Shown: positions 9,308 through 17,861 of the stretch, piece after piece
Layout: each line of letters opens with the position of its first letter
Position numbering within the stretch: the first letter of the stretch is position 1
DNA from: Clostridia bacterium
Lineage (GTDB): Bacteria; Bacillota; Clostridia; Christensenellales; CAG-138
Reading direction: 5' to 3'
Assembly: GCA_017614315.1 (NCBI GenBank)
Contig: JAGACA010000020.1
Span: forward strand, 10,195-74,194
DNA: 64,000 nt
The notes under the pieces: generated by a model
The model's input: the letters and a program-made list of their open reading frames with translations, nothing else
The model's database searches: none
Told to the model about the DNA's origin: nothing
Position numbers and translations under genes: made by a program

Positions 9308-10494
9308 CGGACAACAAAGGTGAAGTATTGCTTCGCGTAGAGAATCTCTGCCAGTATTTCGGACCCACCAAGGCTGTCGACGACGTTTCCTTCAACATCC
9401 ATAAGGGCGAAGTATTCGGTCTCGTCGGCGAGTCCGGCTGCGGCAAAACCACCACCGGCCGTTCGATCATCAAGATCTACAACATCACGTCCGGCAACAT
9501 CTACTTCAAGGGTCAGCGCATCTGCGCGGGCGTCCGCTCCTATCGCGAGGCCATCAAAGAGGCCCGCAAGGAGATGAAGACCTGCAAGGACGAGAATCGC
9601 CTTGAGGAGCTTAAGAAGATCATTGCCGACAACAACGCCGAGATCAAGAAGGCGCGCTTCGATCATAAGTATTCCGACAGGGAGTACGCCAAGCGTCTCG
9701 CTTGCGAAACGCGTGCGGATTACGAGGAAAAGATCAAGAACGCCTCCTCTCAGGAAGAGAAAAACAAGCTCGCCAAGGCGATGAAGACCGACCTCCGCGT
9801 CGCGAAGAAGACCAAGCTGATCACCAAGATCCAGATGATATTCCAGGATCCTATCGCTTCGCTCGACCCGCGCATGACGGTTCGTGAGATCATCTCCGAA
9901 GGTCTGGCGATCAGGGGCATCAAGGATAAGGAATACATCGACAACAAGGTGTTCGAGATGCTCGAGCTGGTCGGCCTCGTCCGCGAGCATGCGGGTCGTT
10001 ACCCGCATGAGTTCTCCGGCGGTCAGCGTCAGCGTATCGGTATCGCCCGCGCGATCATCATGGAGCCCGAGCTCCTTGTCGCAGACGAGCCTATCTCTGC
10101 GCTCGACGTTTCCATTCAGGCCCAGGTCATCAACCTCCTGAACGAGCTCCGCGAGCAGCTGGGTCTTACGATCCTGTTCATCGCGCATGACCTCTCTGTC
10201 GTCAAATACTTCTCCGATCGTATCGGCGTTATGTATTACGGCAACATGGTCGAGCTGGCCGAAACGGAAGAGCTGTTCGCGCATCCGATGCATCCGTATA
10301 CGCGTTCCCTGCTCTCCGCTATCCCGCTTCCCGATCCCCGTTCGGAAAAGAAGCGCACGCGTATCATCTACAATCCGTTAGCGGCGCACGACTATTCCAC
10401 GGATAAGCCGACGATGAGGGAGATCCTGCCCGGTCACTTCGTCCGCTGCAACGACGCAGAGGAAGCCAAGTACAAAGAGGAGTTCGGAATTTGA
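9304..10494 (+). CDS. ABC transporter ATP-binding protein (OppF-like) with a ~95-aa insertion before the Q-loop
   Basis: Motifs present: Walker [10 protein letters not shown], a K/E-rich insertion, [34 protein letters not shown] and IAHDL. Confidence 0.9.
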   Translation: MTDNKGEVLLRVENLCQYFGPTKAVDDVSFNIHKGEVFGLVGESGCGKTTTGRSIIKIYNITSGNIYFKGQRICAGVRSYREAIKEARKEMKTCKDENRLEELKKIIADNNAEIKKARFDHKYSDREYAKRLACETRADYEEKIKNASSQEEKNKLAKAMKTDLRVAKKTKLITKIQMIFQDPIASLDPRMTVREIISEGLAIRGIKDKEYIDNKVFEMLELVGLVREHAGRYPHEFSGGQRQRIGIARAIIMEPELLVADEPISALDVSIQAQVINLLNELREQLGLTILFIAHDLSVVKYFSDRIGVMYYGNMVELAETEELFAHPMHPYTRSLLSAIPLPDPRSEKKRTRIIYNPLAAHDYSTDKPTMREILPGHFVRCNDAEEAKYKEEFGI

Positions 10495-10910
10495 AAGAGA
10501 AAAAATCGGTCAAAAGCATTTTGATTCGATATGGCACATGCATCGCCGTCGGTCTGTCGATGATGCTTACCATTCTCTTGGTCAACAGCTATTTCAAAAC
10601 GGAGGATGCGCAGAACAAACTGCGCATCCTCTGTGATGCTTTCTGCGTTCCCGGCATGCTCCTCATTCTCTCCGCCGGTCTTGTGTTCGTCAGCAACGAG
10701 GGCGCCTTCAACGGCGTGCTCTTCGGGCTCAAAAGGACGAAGGATGTGCTCCTGCCCTTCCTGCCCTATCATCACATGAATTACAGGACTTTCGTGGAAA
10801 AACGCAAGGAGAAAAAGGTCAAGGGATACGGCTTTATCGCGATCAGCGGCGCTGCCTTCCTGACCGTCGGGATAATACTGCTGATAATATTCCAGGTCAA
10901 ATATCCGTAA
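10491..10910 (+). CDS. Small integral membrane protein (possibly DUF3899-like)
   Basis: The TTG start overlaps the upstream stop, and the RBS is AAAGAGGAG. There are three hydrophobic helices and a basic loop, VEKRKEKKVKG. The family name is from memory only. Confidence 0.55.
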   Translation: MKEKKSVKSILIRYGTCIAVGLSMMLTILLVNSYFKTEDAQNKLRILCDAFCVPGMLLILSAGLVFVSNEGAFNGVLFGLKRTKDVLLPFLPYHHMNYRTFVEKRKEKKVKGYGFIAISGAAFLTVGIILLIIFQVKYP

Positions 10911-10921
10911 TGCTTTTTTAT

Positions 10922-10945
10922 GAGGCCGCAAGGTCTCTTTTTTTT
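10922..10945 (+). terminator. Rho-independent terminator of the transporter operon
   Basis: GAGGCC-gcaa-GGTCTC followed by T8. Confidence 0.7.
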
Positions 10946-10954
10946 GAAAAAGAC

Positions 10955-10997
10955 GCAAAAAAACGCCGTCCGGGATCCCGGACGGCGCGGTGTTTTT
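10955..10997. terminator. Bidirectional terminator (transporter operon / dnaA)
   Basis: A7-CGCCGTCCGGG-at-CCCGGACGGCG-cggtgTTTTT. Confidence 0.75.
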
Positions 10998-11001
10998 CTT
11001 A

Positions 11002-12342
11002 TCACATCGGCGACAGGTCGTTCGTCAGTCTGTTCGTAATATCGTCGACCGCAGTGGCGATGTCCGCCCTTTCGGCGATCTCGCCCGTGACCTGGTCGCA
11101 GGAATACATAACGGTGGAGTAATGCTTGCCGCCGAACGCCTTACCGATATCGGGATACGAGGTGTTCGTGAGCGTGCGGCAGAGGTACATCGCGATCTGA
11201 CGGGGAGTGGCGATGCGCTTGTCCCTTCTTGTGGAGATGAGCTCTTCGACGCTGATCTCGAAATAATCGGCGGTCACACGCTTGATAAGCTCCGGAGTGA
11301 CCATATGCTTGCCCTCGGAGGACACGTAATCCTTGAGTATCGCCTCGACGAAGCTCTTGTCGATCATGGCCCGCTTCGAGAACTCGGCGTAGAGCATAAC
11401 GCGGTTATAACAGCTCTCGAGCTCGCGTACGTTCGCGTTGAACTGCTCCGCCATATAGAGCAGCGCGTCGTCGGTTATGTCGATGCCGTCGCGCTCGGCC
11501 TTGCTCTTCAATATGGCGACGCGGGTCTCGACCTCGGGCGGCTTGATGTCGGCGGTGATACCCCATACGAAGCGGCTCTTCAGGCGCTCCTGCAGGCTGG
11601 GCAGATCCTTCGGCGACTGGTCGGAGGTGATGACTATCTGCTTGTTCGCGCCGTAAAGAGCGTTAAAGGTGTTGAAGAACTCAAGCTCCGTCGCTTCCTT
11701 GCCGCCGATGAACTGGATGTCGTCGACGAGAAGGAGATCGAGGCTCCTGTACTTTTTCCTCAGCTCCTCGCGGGTGTCGTACTTGATCGCGGCGATGACG
11801 TCGTTGGTGAACTCCTCGCTCGAAACGCAGCAGATATTGAACTCGGGATGCAGTTCATGCACGTAATTGCCTATCGCGTGCAGAAGATGCGTCTTGCCGA
11901 GACCGGAACCGCCGTAAATGTAAAGGGGATTGTACGCGGAGGCGGGATTGTCTGCGACCGCGACGGCGGCTGCATGGGCAAAGCGGTTAGACTCGCCTGT
12001 AACGAAGGTGTCGAACGTGTATTTGGGCTGTACACCGAAAAAGAGCCCCTTCTCCGTGCTGTTCGAAACGGGCACGGAAACGACGGCTTCCGCCTCTTCC
12101 TTGATTATGAAATTGACCGAATAATTGGATCCGTTCGCGCGGTTCACGCAGTCCGTGATGGTGTTTGCATAGAACTGGCGAAGGCTCGTAAGGTACAGCT
12201 CGCTCTGCGCCATGAGTATGAGCGTGCTGCCCTCGATGGATATGGGCTTTATGTCCTTGATCCAAGTTTTATAACTTATAGGCGTCATTTCCGCTTCGAG
12301 CACTGGAAGCGCCTTTGACCATACTATTTGTGCCGAGACCAT
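11002..12342 (-). CDS. dnaA: Chromosomal replication initiator protein DnaA
   Basis: Starts MVSAQIVWSKALPVLE after a GGGGGA RBS. AAA+ Walker A GGSGLGKTHLLHAIGN is present. Domain IV reads RIATPRQIAMYLCRTLT...IGKAFGGKHYSTV. Confidence 0.93.
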   Translation of the reverse strand: MVSAQIVWSKALPVLEAEMTPISYKTWIKDIKPISIEGSTLILMAQSELYLTSLRQFYANTITDCVNRANGSNYSVNFIIKEEAEAVVSVPVSNSTEKGLFFGVQPKYTFDTFVTGESNRFAHAAAVAVADNPASAYNPLYIYGGSGLGKTHLLHAIGNYVHELHPEFNICCVSSEEFTNDVIAAIKYDTREELRKKYRSLDLLLVDDIQFIGGKEATELEFFNTFNALYGANKQIVITSDQSPKDLPSLQERLKSRFVWGITADIKPPEVETRVAILKSKAERDGIDITDDALLYMAEQFNANVRELESCYNRVMLYAEFSKRAMIDKSFVEAILKDYVSSEGKHMVTPELIKRVTADYFEISVEELISTRRDKRIATPRQIAMYLCRTLTNTSYPDIGKAFGGKHYSTVMYSCDQVTGEIAERADIATAVDDITNRLTNDLSPM

Positions 12343-12538
12343 TGTTTCCCCCAAACAAAAACCTAAAAAAACCGGGATAAAAAGGGAACAGAGGCGATGG
12401 GTCTGTCCCCGAAAGTATGATAGCAAATTTTCTCAATGATTACAAGTCAAAAAATGGCTCGCTTGTATGTGACGCATGCTTCGCGATACAAGATATTGTG
12501 GCATTCGCGAAACTGATAATAATATAATTTTTCACACG

Positions 12539-13345
12539 TTAAGAAACGGTATTACCTTTTTCGGCTTCATTCGACCTTTTGTTCGAAACGACCTTCGTAA
12601 CGATAAGTCCGGCGGCGGCGATGACGACGAGGCCGATGCTGATCCACTGCGAAGTGGAGAACGCGCCGAATATCCCGCGGATCTCATCCCCGCGCAGATA
12701 CTCGAGCAGGAAGCGCTCCACGCCGTATATGAAGAGGTAGACGAAAAGGGTGGTGAAGCCCTGACGCTTTTTCCTCGTAAACCAGAGGAGGAAGAGGAAA
12801 ACGATAAGGTTCGCGCCAGCCTCGATCAGCTGGGTGGGTATGACCTTCACGTTTTCCGCAAGCCCCGTGACGGCGCTCGGGAATCTCATGCCTATCCACG
12901 ACTCCGTGACCTTTCCGTAACAGCAGCCCGCGCAGAAGCAGCCCATGCGGCCTATGGCGTGCGCGAGGGGAAGCGTCGGCACGATCGGGTCGGAGTAAAG
13001 CACGATTTTCGCCTTCGCGAGAGCCGCGCCGACGAACGCGCCGATCACTCCGCCGATCAGCCCGCCGTAGAACACGAGCCCGCCCTGGAATATCCATATA
13101 AAGCCGTTCGCCTTGACCGCGGCGGTGATCTCATCCCAGCTGTAGGTCACGACCATGAACAGCACCTTTGCGCCGACGATGCCGAACACGACGGCTATAA
13201 GGGCGATGGTAAGGAGCTTTTCGCCGTCAAGCCCCCGCCTGCGGCACCTTAAAAACGAAAGTCCGACGGAAACGAGCAGGGCAGTCGCCATCAACAGCCC
13301 GTACATCGGTATATCTATCCCGAAAACGTGTAAGTATGGAAACAT
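12539..13345 (-). CDS. lgt: Prolipoprotein diacylglyceryl transferase
   Basis: Polytopic membrane protein carrying HAIGRMGCFCAGCCYG and IPTQLIEA motifs. The RBS is GGAGGA. Confidence 0.9.
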   Translation of the reverse strand: MFPYLHVFGIDIPMYGLLMATALLVSVGLSFLRCRRRGLDGEKLLTIALIAVVFGIVGAKVLFMVVTYSWDEITAAVKANGFIWIFQGGLVFYGGLIGGVIGAFVGAALAKAKIVLYSDPIVPTLPLAHAIGRMGCFCAGCCYGKVTESWIGMRFPSAVTGLAENVKVIPTQLIEAGANLIVFLFLLWFTRKKRQGFTTLFVYLFIYGVERFLLEYLRGDEIRGIFGAFSTSQWISIGLVVIAAAGLIVTKVVSNKRSNEAEKGNTVS

Positions 13346-13355
13346 TTTTCCTCCG

Positions 13356-14534
13356 TCAACCTGCGTAATTCACGAAATAATCCTGCACGAGGACGATGGG
13401 CGTGCCCTTGTCGCCCGAGCCCGAGGTCAGGTCGCAAAGCGAGCCGATCAGGTCGGTCAGCATGCGCGGCGTAGTGCCCTCGGAGAGCATGGAGCCCTTG
13501 AGATCCCTGTCCTTCTCGCGGATGCGTTCGCGGATCTTGTCTGCAAGCGCCTCGCCGGAAAGCCCGGCGTAGTCGTTGTCGGCAAGGAACTTGAGCTTCA
13601 GCTCGTTCGGAAGACCGCGAAGCCCGTCGGTATAGCCGGGGGAGACAACGGGATCCGCAAGCTCCCATATCTTTCCGACGGGATCCTTGAATGCGCCGTC
13701 GCCGTAGACCATGGCCTCGACGCGTACGCCGGTACGCTCGTAAACCAGCCCCTGTATGCCGTAAGCGACCTCCCTCGCGTTCCGGGGGAAGAGCTTCACG
13801 AGCTCCTCGGTCGCTTTGTTGGAGCCGAGCAGGCCGTAATCGGGGCAGCAGCCGGAGCCGTTGACCGACTCGTTCAGAATGTCGCAGAGCGTCAGCACGT
13901 TTTTGCCGCCGTGCTTTTTTATGCGGCTCTGCGTGCGCGTCCTCGTGTGGGTGTCGCAGCACAGAACGTCGCCCGTATGCTCAAGTATCACCTCGGGACG
14001 GTTGGAGAATATAATCTCCGCCTCCGCGCCCTCAGCCTCGATGAGCGTCTTATAAAAATCGATGTAGTCTACGCCGGTGAAGGGGTGACGGCACTCGCCG
14101 CCGCAAAGCGCGTAGAACTCTTCGGCGGTGATCACGTCCGCCCATGGATTCACGCCCTTATCCTCCAACACCTCGGGATCGACAAGGTGATTGCCGACCT
14201 CGTCTGAGGGGTAGGAGAGGAGCACGGTGACCTTTTTCGCGCCTCTCGCGATGCCCTTTAAGCAGATGGAGAAGCGGTTCCTCGAAAGTATGGGGAATAC
14301 GACGCCGATATGCGGGCCGAGCTTCGCCTTTACGTCGGCCGCGATATCGTCGACCCTTGCGTAATTCCCGTCGGCGCGCGCGACTACCGCCTCGGTAACG
14401 GCGATGACGTCGCGGTCGTGAAGCGTGAAGCCATCGTTCTTCGCAGCCTCGAGAACGGAATCGACGGTTATTCTAACGATGTCGTCGCCCTGACGGATGA
14501 TGGGCGCGCGGATGCCTCTTGATACGGTTGCCAT
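13356..14534 (-). CDS. CofE-like (F420-0:gamma-glutamyl ligase family) protein
   Basis: The N-terminus GIRAPIIRQGDDIVRITVDSVLEAA...DRDVIAVTEAVVARADG matches the CofE-fold pattern as I remember it. At 392 aa it is longer than archaeal CofE. Confidence 0.55.
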   Translation of the reverse strand: MATVSRGIRAPIIRQGDDIVRITVDSVLEAAKNDGFTLHDRDVIAVTEAVVARADGNYARVDDIAADVKAKLGPHIGVVFPILSRNRFSICLKGIARGAKKVTVLLSYPSDEVGNHLVDPEVLEDKGVNPWADVITAEEFYALCGGECRHPFTGVDYIDFYKTLIEAEGAEAEIIFSNRPEVILEHTGDVLCCDTHTRTRTQSRIKKHGGKNVLTLCDILNESVNGSGCCPDYGLLGSNKATEELVKLFPRNAREVAYGIQGLVYERTGVRVEAMVYGDGAFKDPVGKIWELADPVVSPGYTDGLRGLPNELKLKFLADNDYAGLSGEALADKIRERIREKDRDLKGSMLSEGTTPRMLTDLIGSLCDLTSGSGDKGTPIVLVQDYFVNYAG

Positions 14535-14715
14535 ATAACGTGTTCCCCCGTAAAAGATTAAGGAACGCCGGAGAACGGCGTCCCTTAAAAAATGATAACA
14601 TATTCCCGCACGATTGTAAACAGCGGATTTGTCGGAGCGGAATTATCCTTGCTTTTTTACACGAATAATGGTATAGTCTTCATGTACAGCATCCCCAATA
14701 CGAAAGGAGAAAACA

Positions 14716-15594
14716 ATGAGTCTGTTTGATAAGCTTTTGAAGGATACCGTCGGCAAGGCGGTCAAGGACGCCGCCCGCGAAGGCGCGCGCCAGGCCGTGC
14801 AGCCCGTCGTCAATCAGGCGGCCAACGCCGCCGCCAATGCCGCCGCGCAGGGCATCAATAACGCCACCGCCGAGCTGCGCCAGTCAGCCAACGAAGCCGC
14901 GGCGAGCCTCAACGAGGCGAACGAGGCCGCTTCGAAGGTCTCCAACGAGGATTGGCAGAAGGCGATGGGCTTCCTCGAGGGCATGGCCACCAGCGCCTCG
15001 AAGAACATGAAGACCTGTCCCAACTGCGGCGAGATGGCCAAGGCCGACGTCAAGTTCTGCCCCGCCTGCGGCGCGAAGCTCCCCGAAAAGACCGTTTTCG
15101 AGATGGCGACCTGCCCCAACTGCGGACATCAGAACGATATCGGCACGGCTTTCTGCGCCGAGTGCGGCACGAAGCTCCCCTCGAAGATCGCCGAGGAGGA
15201 GGCTGCGAAGGCTCGAGACGAGGCCGAGCTCGCAAAGTGGGACGACATACTGCCCCAGTACCCGAAGTGGTGCTTCGCCGGCAGCGATATCCAGCTTGAA
15301 GACAGGCGCGGCGACGGCGACATGCTCGCAATACTCTCCGTGGGGAACACGAACCGCGGCGAGCTCAACAAGTACTTCGCGCTCCTCAAGGAGAACGGAT
15401 TCAGGGCGCCCGACGGCTGGTCGAGCGACGAGACCGTGTTCAAGGTGATTGACGGCAACGCGTACTGCGTGAACCAGACCGACGCTTTCCAGGATCCCGA
15501 CTGCTTCTCGATCTATTTCGGCATCGACAACCGCCGCCTTCCCAGGAAGGAAGAGCCCAAAAAGAAGGGTCTCTTCGGCAATCTGTTCGGCTGA
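14716..15594 (+). CDS. Double zinc-ribbon protein with an Ala/Asn/Gln-rich N-terminus and an uncharacterised C-terminal domain
   Basis: The RBS is AAAGGAGAA. Two CPxCG...CPxCG ribbons are present: CPNCGEMAKADVKFCPACG and CPNCGHQNDIGTAFCAECG. Confidence 0.7.
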   Translation: MSLFDKLLKDTVGKAVKDAAREGARQAVQPVVNQAANAAANAAAQGINNATAELRQSANEAAASLNEANEAASKVSNEDWQKAMGFLEGMATSASKNMKTCPNCGEMAKADVKFCPACGAKLPEKTVFEMATCPNCGHQNDIGTAFCAECGTKLPSKIAEEEAAKARDEAELAKWDDILPQYPKWCFAGSDIQLEDRRGDGDMLAILSVGNTNRGELNKYFALLKENGFRAPDGWSSDETVFKVIDGNAYCVNQTDAFQDPDCFSIYFGIDNRRLPRKEEPKKKGLFGNLFG

Positions 15595-15597
15595 TAA

Positions 15598-15640
15598 CAA
15601 AAAAAGCTCCGCGGCGGATGAAATCCGCCGCGGTTTTTTC
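15598..15640. terminator. Bidirectional terminator
   Basis: A8-gct-CCGCGGCGGAT-gaa-ATCCGCCGCGG-T6, between convergent genes. Confidence 0.8.
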
Positions 15641-16205
15641 ATATTGGCTTTACCAAGATCGGTTTTCCGTCCGAAAACTCCACGGTGAAGCCGCGCTCCG
15701 GCTCGGGCGTGAACCCGTACCGCCCGTTCGAAACGGGAAAGTACGCCGCGAGCACGCCTCCGATAACGCCGCCGTGAGTGACCACGACGGCGTCCCTGCC
15801 CTCCGATATAACGGGGGCGAGGGCTTTAAGCGCGCGCTCCGTCACGATCACGCCGCTCTCGCCTCCGGGACAGACGTTTTTTTCGTTGTCGCCGCTGATC
15901 CATTCGATATAGGCGGGATCGTCCTTAAGCTCCTCATAGGAGCGCATCTCAAAATCGCCGAAATCGATCTCGCGCATGCCGGGAAGTATCCCGTGGGGGA
16001 TATCGCCGTATATCGCCTCGAAGGTCTGCTCCGTCCGGAGCATCCCGCTGGTGTAATACCTCTCCGCGGCGGGATACGCGCCGAGAGCGGCGCGTTTTTT
16101 AAGCCGCTCGGCGCTCTCCGGGAGAAGGGGCAGATCGGTGCTGCCGTAATACAGGCGTTCGAGATTGCCCCGCGTTATGCCGTGCCTTATCAGCGTAAGC
16201 TTCAT
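15639..16205 (-). CDS. cobC: Histidine-phosphatase family protein, probably alpha-ribazole-5'-phosphate phosphatase
   Basis: The N-terminal LIRHGIT(RG)N motif is present. It is the last gene of the cobT-U-S operon. Confidence 0.8.
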   Translation of the reverse strand: MKLTLIRHGITRGNLERLYYGSTDLPLLPESAERLKKRAALGAYPAAERYYTSGMLRTEQTFEAIYGDIPHGILPGMREIDFGDFEMRSYEELKDDPAYIEWISGDNEKNVCPGGESGVIVTERALKALAPVISEGRDAVVVTHGGVIGGVLAAYFPVSNGRYGFTPEPERGFTVEFSDGKPILVKPI

Positions 16206-16564
16206 TTAAGCTTCTCCTCGATGCCGCAGAACACCCTTGTCACGTGCTCCGCCTCCTTGGCGAGTATCGAAAGCGCGATGCCGTGACGCTCGCGCATGAC
16301 GCGCTCGTCGGGATCCATCGGGACTATGCCGCAGCCGATCTCGCGCGAGATGACCACGCTGTCCTTAATGAAGGGCATGAGCAGGCGGACGAGCTCCTGC
16401 GGATCCTCCCACTCGCGGGTCAGCGCCTCGAAGTGGGTATAGCATTTATACTCCCTGTCGGGGAACCCGTTCGCGAGATCGAATATCTCGTCCCTCTTGA
16501 ACCCGTATTTCTTTTTGACGCAGGTCAGCTTCCCCTGATACGCGCCGCCTATGACCAGATCCAT
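16202..16564 (-). CDS. Truncated CobU-like paralogue (degenerate P-loop)
   Basis: MDLVIGGAYQGKL replaces the GGxxSGKS P-loop. The C-terminal region VISREIGCGIVPMDPDERVMRERHG resembles the CobU C-terminal region. Confidence 0.55.
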   Translation of the reverse strand: MDLVIGGAYQGKLTCVKKKYGFKRDEIFDLANGFPDREYKCYTHFEALTREWEDPQELVRLLMPFIKDSVVISREIGCGIVPMDPDERVMRERHGIALSILAKEAEHVTRVFCGIEEKLK

Positions 16565-16566
16565 AA

Positions 16567-17322
16567 CTACCTCACAAACGATCTAATAAGAACAAGTACC
16601 GCAATGCCGATAAGCTCGCCTATCGACAGCGCATAGCCCGAAATATCGCCGCTCATGCCGCCGAGACGCTTTTTGGCGAAGAGCGCCGAAGCCCAATACG
16701 CTGCCGCGGCCGCCGCGGGCGCGAGTCCGTGAACGCCGTAAAGCGCCGCGGGAACGGCCAATGCCGCGGCAAGCATTATGAAAAGCGGGATCGCGAGCGT
16801 CTTTTTGCGCCCGCCCGAATACTGGCTCGTTTCTATGGGAGTAAGGAGTATGACCGCGATACCCGCGCACGCCCTCACGGCGACCGGGATGAGCGCAAGG
16901 GGGACAAGATCGGCAGCGGAATACTCCCACGAGAAGAACAGGCTGAACATTGCGAGGATAAGAAACAGAGCCGACAGCACGGCAAACGCGCCGGCGTGCG
17001 GATCCTTCAGTATCTTCTGCCGTCCCTCAAGGTCGCGGCTCGAAAGCACGGCGTCCGATACGTCCATGAAGCCGTCGAGATGTATGAAGCCCGTAACGAG
17101 CGCGGGGACAGCGGTCAGGACGAGCGCTCGGACAGCCGCGTGGCAGGGAAACAGCGATAAAAGGTATGCGGAAAGCGCCCACAGCCCGCCGACTATCGCG
17201 CCGACGAGCGGAAGGCAGACGAGCATACGATACCTCGCCGCCTCGTCCCATTTGGGAAAGGGGCAGGGTATCGCGAGGAACATCCCCCAAGCCATGAAAA
17301 ACGCGCAGGACCAAAGCCTCAT
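16567..17322 (-). CDS. cobS: Adenosylcobinamide-GDP ribazoletransferase (cobalamin synthase)
   Basis: Polytopic membrane protein with HLDGFMDVSDA, in an operon with cobU and cobT. Confidence 0.9.
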   Translation of the reverse strand: MRLWSCAFFMAWGMFLAIPCPFPKWDEAARYRMLVCLPLVGAIVGGLWALSAYLLSLFPCHAAVRALVLTAVPALVTGFIHLDGFMDVSDAVLSSRDLEGRQKILKDPHAGAFAVLSALFLILAMFSLFFSWEYSAADLVPLALIPVAVRACAGIAVILLTPIETSQYSGGRKKTLAIPLFIMLAAALAVPAALYGVHGLAPAAAAAAYWASALFAKKRLGGMSGDISGYALSIGELIGIAVLVLIRSFVR

Positions 17323-17861
17323 ATCTTATCTCCGATCGGGGGAAGCTCCCCCTTATAAACCTTGGGCACGCTGCAGACGACCTCGCACACGGCGTCGAAG
17401 CCCTCGGCAAGCGAGTTCAGAACGAACGCGAGCCCCCGACGGTATTCCTCGGTCAGCCCGCAGTGCTCGGTTCCGTCGCGGAAAAGCTCGTCCGCGACGC
17501 AGACGAAGTTCGATACGCTCCCGCTCAGCGACATGAGCTCCGAAAGCGTATGCCGCGCGGAATCGGCCGCGGGAGGATCCCCGAACATCTCGTTCGCGAG
17601 GAGCGCGGTCACGCTGTCGAAAAGGACGGTCCCCGAGGGATCGAGCTTTTCCTCGGACACGTTCCGGGCGCGCTCCACGGTCGTGAAGCCCCAGCCATCG
17701 CGATCCTTGACGTGCTTTCGTATGCGCTCCCTGTCCTCGTCGTCAACGGGATCCATGGCGGCATAATAATACATAGGCGCAGTACCGTGAAGGCTCCTTG
17801 CAAGCCTCTGCGCCAGCATGCTCTTTCCGCTCTTTGAACCTCCGACCAGCAGTATCTTCAT
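17319..17861 (-). CDS. cobU: Adenosylcobinamide kinase / adenosylcobinamide-phosphate guanylyltransferase
   Basis: MKILLVGGSKSGKS P-loop, 180 aa, with start and stop overlapping neighbouring genes. Confidence 0.88.
   Translation of the reverse strand: MKILLVGGSKSGKSMLAQRLARSLHGTAPMYYYAAMDPVDDEDRERIRKHVKDRDGWGFTTVERARNVSEEKLDPSGTVLFDSVTALLANEMFGDPPAADSARHTLSELMSLSGSVSNFVCVADELFRDGTEHCGLTEEYRRGLAFVLNSLAEGFDAVCEVVCSVPKVYKGELPPIGDKI

Noticed and set aside
12343-12538. oriC in the spacer upstream of dnaA.
   Set aside because: Only degenerate DnaA-box-like 9-mers are visible, and there is no perfect TTATCCACA. The flanking gene orientation does not diverge here. I cannot compute GC skew by eye, so I kept this as a question rather than a feature.
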